A DNA stretch of 58,823 nucleotides from IMG/VR virus record IMGVR_UViG_3300009537_000010, positions 1 through 58,823 of that record; one strand, written 5' to 3'. Numbering within the stretch: position 1 is the first letter of the stretch; each line of letters starts with the position of its first letter. The position numbers were made by a program, and so were the translations under genes. A model generated the notes under the pieces. It was given only the letters and a program-made list of their open reading frames with translations. It searched no databases and had not been told where the DNA came from. This document shows positions 40,267-52,000 of the stretch, piece after piece. The stretch comes from a virus. Lineage: Duplodnaviria; Caudoviricetes.

Positions 40267-40932
40267 ATGAGAAAAATGACAAGAAATGTTAAAGGACAAT
40301 ATGAAAAGGGTGGTAAAACTCGAAAATACTACCCCAAATTGGGAGACACTTATGGTGATTACATTGTTATTAGTGAAGATGTTGAATTTACTAATGATAA
40401 TAAAATTAAATATCATGTAAGATGTTCCTGTGGATATGAACATTTTGTAAGAGCTTACTTTCTGTTTACTGGTAGACAATTATCTTGTAGAGAATGTAGT
40501 AGTAGAAAAGCTTATAATAGAGCTTTAATAGAAGGTAAAAAAATAGGATTTATAAAATTACATCATGAAGGTGTAGGAAATCTTACTAAAACAGCATATT
40601 GGTATTTTAAAAATAATGCTGCAAGAAGAAAAATAGAGTGGTCTGAAGATTTGACTATTGAATATTTGTGGAAATTATTTCAAGATCAAAATAATAAATG
40701 TGCTCTTTCTGGATTAGATATAAAATTAACAGAAAAGAGAAAATTGTCAAACATAGATTTTGAGTATATGACCGCATCTCTTGATAGAATAGATTCATCT
40801 AAACCATATACCACAGATAATGTTCAATGGGTTCATAAAGATATTAATAGAATGAAATGGTGTTTCAAAGAAAATCGTTTCATTGAATTATGTAAATTAA
40901 TTGTTAATCATGCTAATCAGCAGCCTAGCTAA
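40267..40932 (+). CDS. intron-encoded HNH/His-Me homing endonuclease
   Basis: CSCG...SCREC N-terminal module; CALSG, SLDRIDSSKPYTTDNVQWVHKDINRMK. Confidence 0.88.
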   Translation: MRKMTRNVKGQYEKGGKTRKYYPKLGDTYGDYIVISEDVEFTNDNKIKYHVRCSCGYEHFVRAYFLFTGRQLSCRECSSRKAYNRALIEGKKIGFIKLHHEGVGNLTKTAYWYFKNNAARRKIEWSEDLTIEYLWKLFQDQNNKCALSGLDIKLTEKRKLSNIDFEYMTASLDRIDSSKPYTTDNVQWVHKDINRMKWCFKENRFIELCKLIVNHANQQPS

Positions 40933-41064
40933 GAGTACACTCTTAGAAGGTTCAGAGACTACTGGAGAGGTTTAGCCCTCTTAATAACCAGAATTAGCGT
41001 CCAACTTCCTCTGGCGAGGAAGATGATATAGTCCAAATCTATAAGAAATTATAGAACGAGAATG

Positions 41065-42046
41065 AAGTATTCTCACGCAAACTACTTCAGGATTAGAGCC
41101 ACTCTTTCAGCCATATTACATCAGGAGAAAGAAAGTTAATCCAGGAGACAGAGTAGACTTTGTTGATCAGAACGGTGATTCTTGGCAGGAGTATCCAGTT
41201 CTGCATTCAAAGTTTGTTGACTGGTGTCTCTCTAAGAATGACGGAAACAGTAAAGAGTTCTTAGAGTCTTTAGACAAAGAAACATTAGACGATTTATTTA
41301 AACTCTCTCCTTGGTATGGTTCAACCGCAAATGATATTGACTGGAAAAGCAGAATAGAGATTCAATCCATAATTCAAAAATACACAACCCATAGTATAAG
41401 TAGTACTATAAATCTTCCTAATAATGTAACAAAAGAGGAAGTAAGCGCTATTTACATGGAGGCTTGGAAGAAGGGATTGAAAGGCGTGACAATCTATAGA
41501 GAAGGTAGTAGAACAGGAGTTCTAATCAATAAGAAGGAGTTCAATCAACATGATGCTCCAAAACGTCCTAAGCAATTAGATGCAGTCTGGTATTCTACTA
41601 CAGCATCAAAAGAAGATTTACAGGTTATAGTTGGTCTATATGAGGAGAAACCATATGAAGTGTTTACCATATTTGAACCGCCTGAAATACCTGACTCTAC
41701 TATTGGTGCAGTAGTTAAGAACGCGAAAGGGAAATATTCTTTTCAGTCTCAAGACTATAAGAGAAGTAATATAATGCGTGAAGAGAATTCTGAACATGTA
41801 GCTATTTGTAGATTAGTCTCTACTAGTTTGAGACACGGAGCTGATGTAAAATTTATTGTTGAGCAATTAAACAAGACTCCAGGTGAGTTAAACAGCTTCG
41901 CAAGAGCGATTGGTAGAGTACTAAAAAAATATATACCAGATGGAGAAACAACAACAATCAGATTCGAAGACTGTGAAGGAGACTGTAACATCGTCTTTGA
42001 AGAAGGATGTATCACCTGTAAAACCTGTGGAAAGTCAAAATGTTAA
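41065..42046 (+). CDS. nrdJ: class II ribonucleotide reductase, exon 2
   Basis: open from 41066: TTSGLEP, SISSTINLP, GLKGVTIYREGSR, C-terminal FEEGCITCKTCGKSKC; spliced product 828 aa. Confidence 0.9.
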
Positions 42047-43131
42047 ACCTTTCATGGGAACTAGTGGAGATCCTTCTTTGTATGAGAAAATGATGAAAAA
42101 TTCTCTTAGTCCAGACGATATGGTAGTGGCGAAAGCTAAGAGAGATTGTTTCATTCCACCTTATCATTCAACTAATATATTAGTTAGTAGTAAGTATAAT
42201 GACAAAAGAGTTTCAGTCGACGCTGGTGGTTGTATCTCTCATGCATCACATGAACTTGACACAAGGATGACATTGAAGGGTTTTGGTGACTATCTTGAAG
42301 ATCTCTTTAAGAACAAAGACTGGACATCATTTTTTTGGAGAGTAGGTTTACCCTTCAAGAACAATGGAAGGAATCTCTTTGTTAAAATGGATGGTAAGTG
42401 GGTGCGGTGTAAGCGAATTAAAGTAGTGGATGATACTCTTATTTATTGTAAAGGCAAATATTTAACTAAATTGTAATGTTTAAAAGAATACTTGTAGAAT
42501 TATCAGGAAAATTACTGCTATGCACTATATGGAATGATGGTAGAGTTTTAAATTATGTTACGGGTAGAAGAATACGTTTAACTGGTCATGATCCAATAGT
42601 GGATGTTATTGACGCGAAGCCGTGGACTCCAAATACGTTTAACTATTATCTCAATCTACATGAGGAAAGAAGACAGATTTACGATAGACGCCGTTAATCA
42701 GCAATTTTCAATTGCAGGATATGATCTCTCTTACAAACATGTTAAAGATAGTAAGAATCCTCTGTTTAAAATTTACAAGATAACATCTTTACAACATAGA
42801 ATATTCAAAGACTGGTTTATTAGAAATATAATAAAAAGTCTAAAGATCAGTATTGAAAAAGCCAATGCAGAGTTCGATTGGTTTGAATTAACTTATGGAC
42901 TCAAAATTGATGACAAATAGCGATTTTAATAGAATACTAAAGGGTAAAAGATTTAAAGTTGATTTAACTCTATCCGATAAAGAATTTATTAATAGAATTA
43001 ATAAAATACTCGATAGTATAGGGGAAGAAAGACTTATGTATCTTAATCATAGAGATATTGAAGTGTTTGCTAACCAAACAATGAGACGTTTACAAAACAT
43101 AAGAAAGAAAACTAATCTTACATTGGTATGA
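41940..43131 (+). other. run of hypothetical ORFs (41940-42476, 42476-42697, 42660-42920, 42895-43131)
   Basis: coupled ORFs. Confidence 0.55.
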
Positions 43132-43439
43132 AAAAGCATACCAAAGTATATTTAAATACTTTTTATCCTGATTTCGAATTTGATAAACCTTTGTGTGAAA
43201 TTTGTGGCAAAATAGCTACGGACATTCATCATATAGATGCAGGGTGGCACAAGAGAAGTGATCATCCTGCACTTCTTATTGGTTTGTGTAGAGAAGACCA
43301 TATTAAGTATGGAGATAAGAAACAGTTCTTTAAATTTCTAATGAAAAAACATGAGCAGTTTATTATACGAAAATTAGGAAAAATACCTGAAGAGTGGATA
43401 TTATTAATTAATAATTATGGATTTAAAAACTTACAGTGA
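43128..43439 (+). CDS. small HNH-type nuclease
   Basis: CEICG..ATDIHHI...LIGLCREDH. Confidence 0.75.
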   Translation: MKKHTKVYLNTFYPDFEFDKPLCEICGKIATDIHHIDAGWHKRSDHPALLIGLCREDHIKYGDKKQFFKFLMKKHEQFIIRKLGKIPEEWILLINNYGFKNLQ

Positions 43440-43929
43440 GATCATTGAAAAGACAGCAGTTTATCCTAAGGAATTCGGATGTGCTTATACGATCTTAGGG
43501 CTTATTGAAGAAATAGGCGAATTGCAACAGGCAGCAGCGGAAGAAATACTCTACGACTTTTCGATTCCTGACGAAGTGAAATGTTCTTTTACTGACTCTG
43601 AAAGAGTAGTTCAAGAGTGTGGAGACGTGTGCTGGTATACAGCTGCTACACTTGCAGAACTCGACTTAGACATGACAGTATTAGTTGACATAGTTAGCTC
43701 CTCAAATGATCCTATTTTTGACTTGGCTAAATTTGGGAAAAAGTATATCCGTGACAAAAATGAAAATCTTGATCTTTTACTTCCGGCACTTAAAAAGGTA
43801 ATGTTAGATATTCAAAAAGCATTAAATACAGCTGGTGTTAATTTTGAAGACTGTCTTCAGATGAATTACGATAAATTAATGAAAAGAAGAGATGACGGAA
43901 CTATTCACGGAGACGGAGATAATAGATGA
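43417..43929 (+). CDS. MazG-like nucleotide pyrophosphohydrolase
   Basis: LGLIEEIGE, ECGDVCWY, N..KL..R...GTIHGDGDNR. Confidence 0.88.
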   Translation: MDLKTYSEIIEKTAVYPKEFGCAYTILGLIEEIGELQQAAAEEILYDFSIPDEVKCSFTDSERVVQECGDVCWYTAATLAELDLDMTVLVDIVSSSNDPIFDLAKFGKKYIRDKNENLDLLLPALKKVMLDIQKALNTAGVNFEDCLQMNYDKLMKRRDDGTIHGDGDNR

Positions 43930-45062
43930 GTTAAACGCAGAAATAAAAAGAAGGCTTCCTGATTATGAATTTGATGAAGTCAAATACCCAATTCCTGAGT
44001 TCATTATTGCAACTCAAGAGAATAGCAAACCTATTATTGCAAGGTATGTATATTTTAAAAATGACAAGATTTGGAAAATACTTTAGTAATTGAAGGAATA
44101 TTAGATGGTATAAGAAGTAGAGCAGATAGAACTCTTGCTGTTATTATTGGTACTCAGGAAATGAGTCCTGATCAGATAGGCAAGTTATGGAGTCACTATA
44201 AGAATTATATACATCTTGCTGTCAGAGATATTCCTTTTAACGATGAGGAATTGCAGGCTTTTTCTTCTATGAAAGCAGAAGCTCCTGAACTTTTACAACG
44301 AAGAACTCCAAGTCAAAAGCTTAGAAATGTTCTTTATAGAGTATGGGAGAAAGAACCTGAAGGGTTTGAGAACTTTGATAATTTTTATCGCAAAAAAGTA
44401 GAAGAAATTATATCACAATACTTAAAGAAATTAGAATGAAATTTTTCAATCGTATTCCAGAAGATTATAAATACCAATCTGGAGACAGTTTATTGTTAGT
44501 ATTAGGAGGTTCATTGTATCCTATACAGTTTTCAATGGGCTATATCCATTCTGAATATACCACATTTGATGTTATATTAGATAATCTAAATATTGATGAT
44601 CCTGTAAAATATCTTTCATCAAAAAAATTAGCTTATGCATCAGAAATGGATGGTGAGAAAGAAAGGATTGTAGCTATAAAGTGCGGTAATGGCGACAACA
44701 GAGAGAGAGTTTTATCTTTACTAAAAGAAATTTGTAAAGTTTCAAAACAGCAGTCCAGAGATAAATCTTCTTGTGATCTTGATGAATTTTCACATATAAT
44801 TGAGTGTGTGATTCATGACTATATCAATGAAGAGCTTGATCTATCTGAGATGAGAATATTGATCAGAAAGACAATATGTGATTTTCTGAAGCTGGATGAG
44901 AAAAAGATGACAAACTTTATACAGGATAGTTCTGTACTCTTACAGGAAAGAAAGAATAAAAAATCAGCTCTTAATCCTGTTGCGGATTTTCATATTGAAG
45001 ATATAGGTATTATGCCAATAGGAGCTGACTTTATGGGAGATAATCCTATGGAAGAAGAATGA
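43892..45062 (+). other. three hypothetical ORFs (43892-44086, 44071-44439, 44436-45062)
   Basis: coupled ORFs; 44071 has a TPSQKLRNVLY motif. Confidence 0.55.
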
Positions 45063-45250
45063 TTGTGTAGGTTCAACTTTAGTACCCGTATCGCACAGCA
45101 GGGCTAAGTAAGATACAATTTCTGTTAGCGAGAAGTAGAATGCTAAAGAGACCTGCATTAGACAGAGGAGCCGCCGGGAGAATATGGTAACCTCACGATG
45201 CCCGTCCAGTTGCAGCCATATGTATAATCTGGGTAGCGGCTCCTTTTTTA
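45062..45250 (+). ncRNA. candidate structured RNA / terminator with large insert
   Basis: GC-rich intergenic; gcagg/cctgc, ttagc/gctaa, aggagccgc (45166)/gcggctcct (45236) followed by T run. Confidence 0.45.
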
Positions 45251-45265
45251 AAACTAAAAAAAAAT

Positions 45266-47080
45266 ATGAATCAACAACAAAGAAGATATCTTATAAAGAA
45301 AATATCTCAATTTTATACGAACGAGATAGATGTTATAAATATTAGAATCAATGAAACACCAAAGCCTTGTGTTATTGAAGCTGTTAGACTTGCAGCAAAG
45401 ACTGGTCAATTAAAGATGGTTGATAATTCCATGTTTATGCGAATGCTTGCTGTTGATAAAGAATTTACTCTAAATCATGGATATCTTTACAACAAACTTG
45501 AAAAAGATAGACCTGTTCGGCTATGCATTGATAATGTTTCTAAAATTATAGACATACCAGAAAAGTACTACAGTGATTTAGAAATATATGAGACTGCAAT
45601 AAAGCACTTAAATGATGAAAGAGACAAATTGAATAGAGAACATGAGTCTCTAATATCTAGAATAACTTTCTGCGACGGAAAATTACTAGAGCCAGTTATT
45701 GAGATGATGAATGACAAAGGTAAATTATCTCGTGAACTTCTTATTAAAGTCTTTAATGAAGTAAAATGAACAAAGAATTTGTACCTTACGAAATAGCTCT
45801 ATCTCTTAAAAAGATAGGATTTGATAAGAGATGTTTTGGTTGTTATGATGAACATGGAGTTTTTGGACTTACTGTAATGAGTATACAAAAATATTATACT
45901 AACAGAGAAATAGATTCATGGAATGTAGCAGCACCAACTTGGTCACAAGTCTTTAGATGGTTTAGGAAAAAACATAAGCTACATGGCATATTATTTAACA
46001 TGGACACTAAGGACTTCGGAGTTGAAATAAGAACTATTGATAACGAACCTGAGGGTTGTATATTGCTTGGATATTTCAAAACTTTTAAAAAAGCACAACT
46101 TGCATGTCTTAGAAAATTAATTGAAATTGTAAAAGAGAAGAATTCCAATGGATTTAAAAATAAGTGTAAAAAATGAAAAAATTCAGAGTAGAATTAGTAT
46201 GGAATGGAGAGTTTGACTGGAGTCATTTTGGAGAAGACTATGATGACTTAGAGCTTGCTAGACAAGCAGCATTGTCTATTCGTGATTCAGGAGATGGAGC
46301 AAGAGTTAAAAAAGCACGCATAGTTGATAACGAAACAGATGAAGTGGTAATAGATGCTTATCAACTTTATAAATCAACGTTATGAAAAAGAAGAAAACTA
46401 AAACTAAAAAGGAAAAGAAAGAGAAATATCCTGGTCTCTATCTTGGTACTAATTTAAGAACAGGATCAAACTTTTAAGTGACTGATAATCAGCTACTTAC
46501 TAAAATAACGCGTTTTAAAGCGTTTAGAGAAGAGATTTTTAGGGTGATGCTGGGAGTTAACTTTCGAAAGAAAGTCGCTCCTGGCTTTTTAAAACGATAA
46601 AAAAATGAGAGAAATGACTGATAAGGAGTTAGAAAGAGCAAAAGCCTTTTTAGACTATTTTCACGTCTCTTATGACAAAGAGATTATCAATTTAACCAAC
46701 GGAGGTACTTCAGTTATCATGAACCCCACTACAAGGTGGAAAGAGTTTCTTGGTTTTAGTATAAACCAGGTAGCAGAAGCTGTAGCTAAAAAACTAAATA
46801 AGAAAACAAAGTGGCTAGAATAAACGATCCACATCAATATTTACCAGCATTAAAAGCGATATGGAATTATCCAGAAGAGCTTTTAAATAGAATATTGTGG
46901 CAACTTGAGATTAACAGAATCAGTGCTTGGTCAGACAACCATGAAAAATCTATGATACTTGGACTTGCGAATTCTTTGATTGACTATATGGATGGTCAAG
47001 AGATTAAAGATCCAAAAGATGCATGGAAAGATTGGGCTAGTCAAAATGAGATCTATATAGAAGAAAATCCTTTTGAATGA
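45266..47080 (+). other. run of hypothetical ORFs (45266-45769, 45766-46176, 46173-46385, 46605-46823, 46811-47080)
   Basis: coupled ORFs; 45766 has a common phage EFVPYE.AL.LK..GFD...APT.SQVFRWFR pattern. Confidence 0.55.
46549..46590 (+). terminator. intrinsic terminator-like hairpin
   Basis: gctgggag..actttc-gaaa-gaaagt..ctcctggc followed by T5. Confidence 0.6.
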
Positions 47081-47649
47081 AAAATACATGGTTTACAAGT
47101 GACTTTCATTTTCTACACAGAAACATGGCAAGAGGAACTTCCATATGGGACATAGAGAGCACAAGAGACTTTAAGGATAAAGATCATATGACAAGAAGCA
47201 TCATTGATACTCTTAATTCTCATGTGAAAGAGGATGATGCTCTTTACTTTATGGGCGACTTTTGTTTTGGCTCCTTTGATACAATAAGATATCTCAGACA
47301 ACAAATCCTTGTAAAAGAGTTTCATTTCATCTTAGGTAATCATGATAAGACAATACGTAAGAGAAAAGAAGCTCAAGCATTATTTACTTCCGTAGAGAAA
47401 TGGTCTATAGTTACAATTAATAAACAACGTTTTTTTCTCATTCATTATCCAATGAGAGCATGGGACGGTTCTGCTCACGGAACTATTTGTTTATATGGCC
47501 ACAGCCATGGTAACATGCCTGATTATGGAATGAGTATGGATGTAGGAGTTGATGTAGCGTTTAGAGAGTTTGGAGAGTATCGTCCATTTCATATAGATGA
47601 AATTTTACAAAAATTTACTGAAAGAATTAATATTTATCATCATGACTAA
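47077..47649 (+). CDS. calcineurin-like metallophosphoesterase
   Basis: SDFHF.H, MGDF, GNHD, IHYP, YGHSHG, DVGVD. Confidence 0.92.
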   Translation: MKNTWFTSDFHFLHRNMARGTSIWDIESTRDFKDKDHMTRSIIDTLNSHVKEDDALYFMGDFCFGSFDTIRYLRQQILVKEFHFILGNHDKTIRKRKEAQALFTSVEKWSIVTINKQRFFLIHYPMRAWDGSAHGTICLYGHSHGNMPDYGMSMDVGVDVAFREFGEYRPFHIDEILQKFTERINIYHHD

Positions 47650-48168
47650 ATTAGAGATTATTAATTTGTGTCAGAATCTTGGAATCGACTTAGAGTATGA
47701 TAGATGGGATAAATCAGGATGGATGAGATTTCGAGATGATACATTTGACAGAGGTGAGCTAGGGGTTGCTCTTGTAATATTCAAAGAACATAATATAGAT
47801 CATGTTTATAGGAGTATTAGAAAACATCTTATAAAAGTAGGGAAACATAAGATCAAGCGAAATCTTAAAGAAGTATTGAAATTATAGTAACTGATTAAAA
47901 ATTAAAGACTATGTTAATAGAGTACGTTAAAAGCTAAGAGATGAAGTATGCAGTAAAGTGTCCAATAGATCCAAACGAAAAATGGCATAGCTTTTTAGAT
48001 TATCTAAGAGGCTGTGCCATTGAAGAAATTGAAGAGCCATGTCTGACTGGAAAGTATTATACTACTGTTGACGGTTATATTGTGGCTCTAGAACCAGAAG
48101 AACTAAAAGGTATATTGTATATTGATATAGATACCTGGTATGTTTTTCACGAAAGTGTCTTAGCCTGA
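47642..48168 (+). other. last two ORFs of the plus-strand arm (47642-47887, 47941-48168)
   Basis: ORF track. Confidence 0.5.
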
Positions 48169-48602
48169 TCTGGAATCTGACCTGTATATGGTATACAAGT
48201 TACAGCAGCTTCATACGATCCAGGACAGCTAGGAGTTGGCGATAAGATTATCTCAAAGTTAAACCGAATTCCATCTATTATATTAATAAAACCTATACTA
48301 TGAACAAGAGATTCATATGGTACATCTTCATCTGTACCTACACAGAACAGCTTGAATGACGACCATTCTTCACCGTGCTGGGTAAAAGTATGACTAAGTT
48401 TAACTGTAAAGCATCTACCATAATATTTTCTTAATGCAGCTTGACAATATTCTACTACCTTCTGAGAAGATCCTTCAATCTTCTTAAAGTCTAACACGAG
48501 TGGTATTGTTTTGTAATATTTTACGCCATTAGCCATTTTAATATATGTAAAATTAATAGCTGATAACTTTGCGTATAAGGTATTACCTCTATATTCCCAC
48601 AT
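48147..48602 (-). CDS. hypothetical protein
   Basis: 151-aa ORF convergent with the plus-strand arm. Confidence 0.55.
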   Translation of the reverse strand: MWEYRGNTLYAKLSAINFTYIKMANGVKYYKTIPLVLDFKKIEGSSQKVVEYCQAALRKYYGRCFTVKLSHTFTQHGEEWSSFKLFCVGTDEDVPYESLVHSIGFINIIDGIRFNFEIILSPTPSCPGSYEAAVTCIPYTGQIPDQAKTLS

Positions 48603-48604
48603 GA

Positions 48605-48874
48605 TTATTTAAGTTTGGTTTCATTATTATCTACTCGTCTATAGTCTTCCTTCCAAAGAATGTCTGCAGTATGAATAGATAGTTTATTTATTTCTTTCTC
48701 TGATAAGTCTGGAAAGAGACGGTGATATATTTCGTGTATAAGTATCTGTAAATGACCTTTACCTTTTAAAGATTTGTCAAGTTCGATAACACCATCATTC
48801 CAACTTAAACCCCAGCATTTGTTTCCTTCATAAACAATCTTGTCTTTGTAAATAACTTTTTTAATTTTTTGCAT
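48605..48874 (-). CDS. small zincin-like (HExxH) protein
   Basis: WGLS..G.IELD..L...ILIHEIYH..FPDLSE. Confidence 0.7.
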   Translation of the reverse strand: MQKIKKVIYKDKIVYEGNKCWGLSWNDGVIELDKSLKGKGHLQILIHEIYHRLFPDLSEKEINKLSIHTADILWKEDYRRVDNNETKLK

Positions 48875-48875
48875 T

Positions 48876-49001
48876 ATGAAGTATGTATTTGTATTTATTG
48901 CATTTTTGTTTGTTTGTGCTTGCGACAGTTGTTCAACTGTTAATCAGACAGATCAGACAGAAACTCCAGCTGAGATCACTCAGCCGGATACTTTGCAGTA
49001 A
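48876..49001 (+). CDS. 41-aa predicted lipoprotein (not in the ORF track)
   Basis: MKYVFVFIAFLFVCAC-DSCSTVNQTDQTETPAEITQPDTLQ; ends at the terminator. Confidence 0.5.
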   Translation: MKYVFVFIAFLFVCACDSCSTVNQTDQTETPAEITQPDTLQ

Positions 49002-49027
49002 AGAGAAGGGGGAAACCCCTTTTCTTT
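49000..49027. terminator. bidirectional terminator
   Basis: aaagagaagggg-gaaa-ccccttttcttt between convergent genes. Confidence 0.8.
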
Positions 49028-52000
49028 ATTGTGTATAATATTTCAAAGTCTCTTCAGGTGTAAACCATCGTTCAACCTGATCTACTGGTGGAATAAGTTT
49101 TCTACTCTTTACCCATAAAAATGTTTCACCTTTATGTTTACCTGATTGATATACCCGTAAAAAAGGTTTATCATTTACCATCCAGCCATAAGGATCAACT
49201 GCGGTAAACAGATCAATTATGTTTTGAACTTGCATTACACCAGCACTTGGAGCTTTCATAATTCTCATAAATTCATTAGGATTAGCATAAAATCCTAATT
49301 CAGACCTTAGTCTGTTAACTTGTAATGCAAACGTATTCAAGAGGTATTTATCATCATCGTCAGCTCCCTCACCTAAGGCTCTCAGTATTCCACCTGCTAC
49401 TACAGCAAATGTAAATTGAGCCATTCCAGTAAGTCCTCTTAGTATATTTGCTCTTTGCCAATCTTCCAACTGGTCATAGTAGGCCATAAGATGAAAGCTG
49501 CCTGCTCTCATCTCACTGATCAAACCTGACATAAACTTGAATAAGGAAATATAAGTTCCTTCATTCATTTTCTCAGTATTGTAATCATAATGTTTTCCCA
49601 CAAACCTTCTCGAAATACCTGGTGGCATCCATGATCTAAAGACCATGGCCATCCTACCTATTGCCCACTGTTTAGCAGCTATTCTATCCATGTCTCCCAT
49701 GTTACCGTGTAACTCACGGTTGAGCTGTTGAATTTTCAGGTAAACTTCCGCTTCGTTTATTTTAACTCCTTCCTTTAGTACTGCTTTGTTATTATCTACC
49801 TTGTATGCCTTAAGCAGTGGTATCTTTTCCCCTTTATATTCTACTTTTATGTTGTTTAAGATGGATAGACCCATTCTTGAACCAACATGTACTTCACCCA
49901 TTCTGGTTGCAAAAAGAGCATGGCTCATGTTAAGCTGACGTTTGAACCAGTCTCTGTCAGTATTCATGCCATATAGCCTAGAGGTATAATCTTGAACCAT
50001 ATCATATTTGTCGATTAAGAGTCGCAAAATATTATTAGTAGTTAGATTACCTATACTGCCAAGATATCCTGCACCATGTCTCATCCAGAAGTTATCAGCT
50101 GCTTGAATATCACTATTGGTTACGTGTTGTCCAGCTACACCCTCTTGTCTAATCAAGAAGTTAGAAATGACAGGGTTAGCTAAAGCTGCACTTAAGTTAA
50201 GAGCAAGTCCTTTTAGTCCCACATATTTATTGAATGTGTCAGCTAGTTTAGCCGTATTAAATTCAATATAGTAGCCACCTCCCTTCTTTGGTAACCATTT
50301 AATATCCTCTCCGGGTTTCTTACTTTTACCATACATATGCATTTGTAGAAAGTCGTGATAACGATCTGCTACAAACCCGCCTGTTCTAATTACTTCTTTT
50401 ACATTCTTATCTATAAGAGATCTAAACTTACCTAACCAGGTTGGTTTTCCTGTTATCTTTCTCTTCTTTAGCACATCCTCTCCCACCTCAAGTATGTCAA
50501 TGTAATCCTTCATTGTTATATAATGTTGAGCCATTTCCATATATAACAACAAAGATCTCGTCGGATCATCACTTAGATCTGAAGGATCTATCTTCCTGAT
50601 AAAATTAACAGGAAGAGTGTCATACCTCTTGTTATTCTCATCTGTAATAACAAATTCTCCTCCAAACTCTGTTTCGTCTTGTCTTTTGTTAAACCATTCG
50701 TACATTTCTTGCTTGATTGCATCAAATGGTTTGTCTTTTATCCTCTCCATTAAATCTTTATGGACCTGAACAGCTCTATGTGGTACTCCCATTGGTAGTA
50801 ACTTATCAAAACTAGCTTTCAAATCCATGTAGTACTTATAGAATTTCTTCTTTGCAGGATCAGCTTGTATCTCATCGTATTGAAGATTACTATATCTCTC
50901 ACTAGGTCTCAACAGCTGACCTTTAACGTAAAAAGGATCTTTATGTGATCTCTCTCGATAAGCAGAATAACCTATATTCTCATTTACCCATTCCTGAAAT
51001 AGACGTTGTACATATTTTTCATCCTCATTTAACGCTGTCTTACCTTCACCTAATGAAGGAAACCATTTATGATATCCTTTAATGGTGTTTCTAATTATTT
51101 GATCTATAGAGTCCTGATTTATATCGTGAAACTCATCTTTATAGAGTCTCGTAATATAGTCCATTATGATATTAGGAGTATCAGGATTTTCTTCAGTGTT
51201 ATCCTTCATCCAAATAGCCCAGTCTCTATTGTACATTTTTCTTGTAGCGTCAATCTCTGCAAGCTTCTGTTCTACATCATTGGAGAATCCAGTATAAGCG
51301 AATTTCTTATTCAATCTCTCTCTCAGATAAGCGTTCGGTTTCCAGTTCTTTACAGTTTCAGCATCATAAATAAATAGTTTTCTCCTATCTTCCGCATCTT
51401 CTGGTAGTCCATATTTCTCTATTAACTCTTTACTCATTTTAGCTTCTTCTCTTTCATACTCCTCCATATTCCTATCTGTTACTAAATTGTTAGTAGGTTT
51501 ACCATCAACCTGTTCTTTCATCCACTTAAAATCCCCAACTTTTTTCTTTGTCTCTTCAGCTATAACTAAAAGATCTTGACCTTTTGCATGATTAATGATT
51601 CTATCTTGAGCTTGCAAGTGTTGAACAGCTCTGGCTACACCACCCAAAACATCGTTAGGAGTCTCTGCCATGGCTGATAAGAATCTGTGATACATGTTAA
51701 TATCCTTGCCTTCCTTAAGCATAGCTACTAGGTCATCACGACTGTGAATATCAGGGTGATTCTTAAAATGAGGAAGAATGTAATCAGCTATAAGATAAGG
51801 CGCATCATTTTCATAAAGAGTAATGAGATCATCAATAGTTGATTGTATTTTTATTAACTCATTTCGTATTTCTGTGTAACGTTCTCCATCATACTCAGCT
51901 AAACCTGCCTTAATATTACGAATAATACCATTATAGGCTTCTGCTAATGAATTAAGATCTTTAAGATGTTTAGCTATTATGTTTTGTTCTGAGCTTAGTG

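Larger units (their letters stand above)
40113..41064 (+). mobile_element. group I intron in nrdJ
   Basis: P1 ccgt/gcgg with U-G; P10 aatactt/aagtatt; P3 ttggatg/cgtccaa; P ttgctgg, Q aatcagcag, R ttcagagacta, S gatgatatagtcc; terminal G; splicing gives APTGSVSILTQTTSGLEP. Confidence 0.93.

Noticed and set aside
41456-42046. Stand-alone 196-aa gene
   Set aside because: It is the distal part of nrdJ exon 2; the frame is open from 41066
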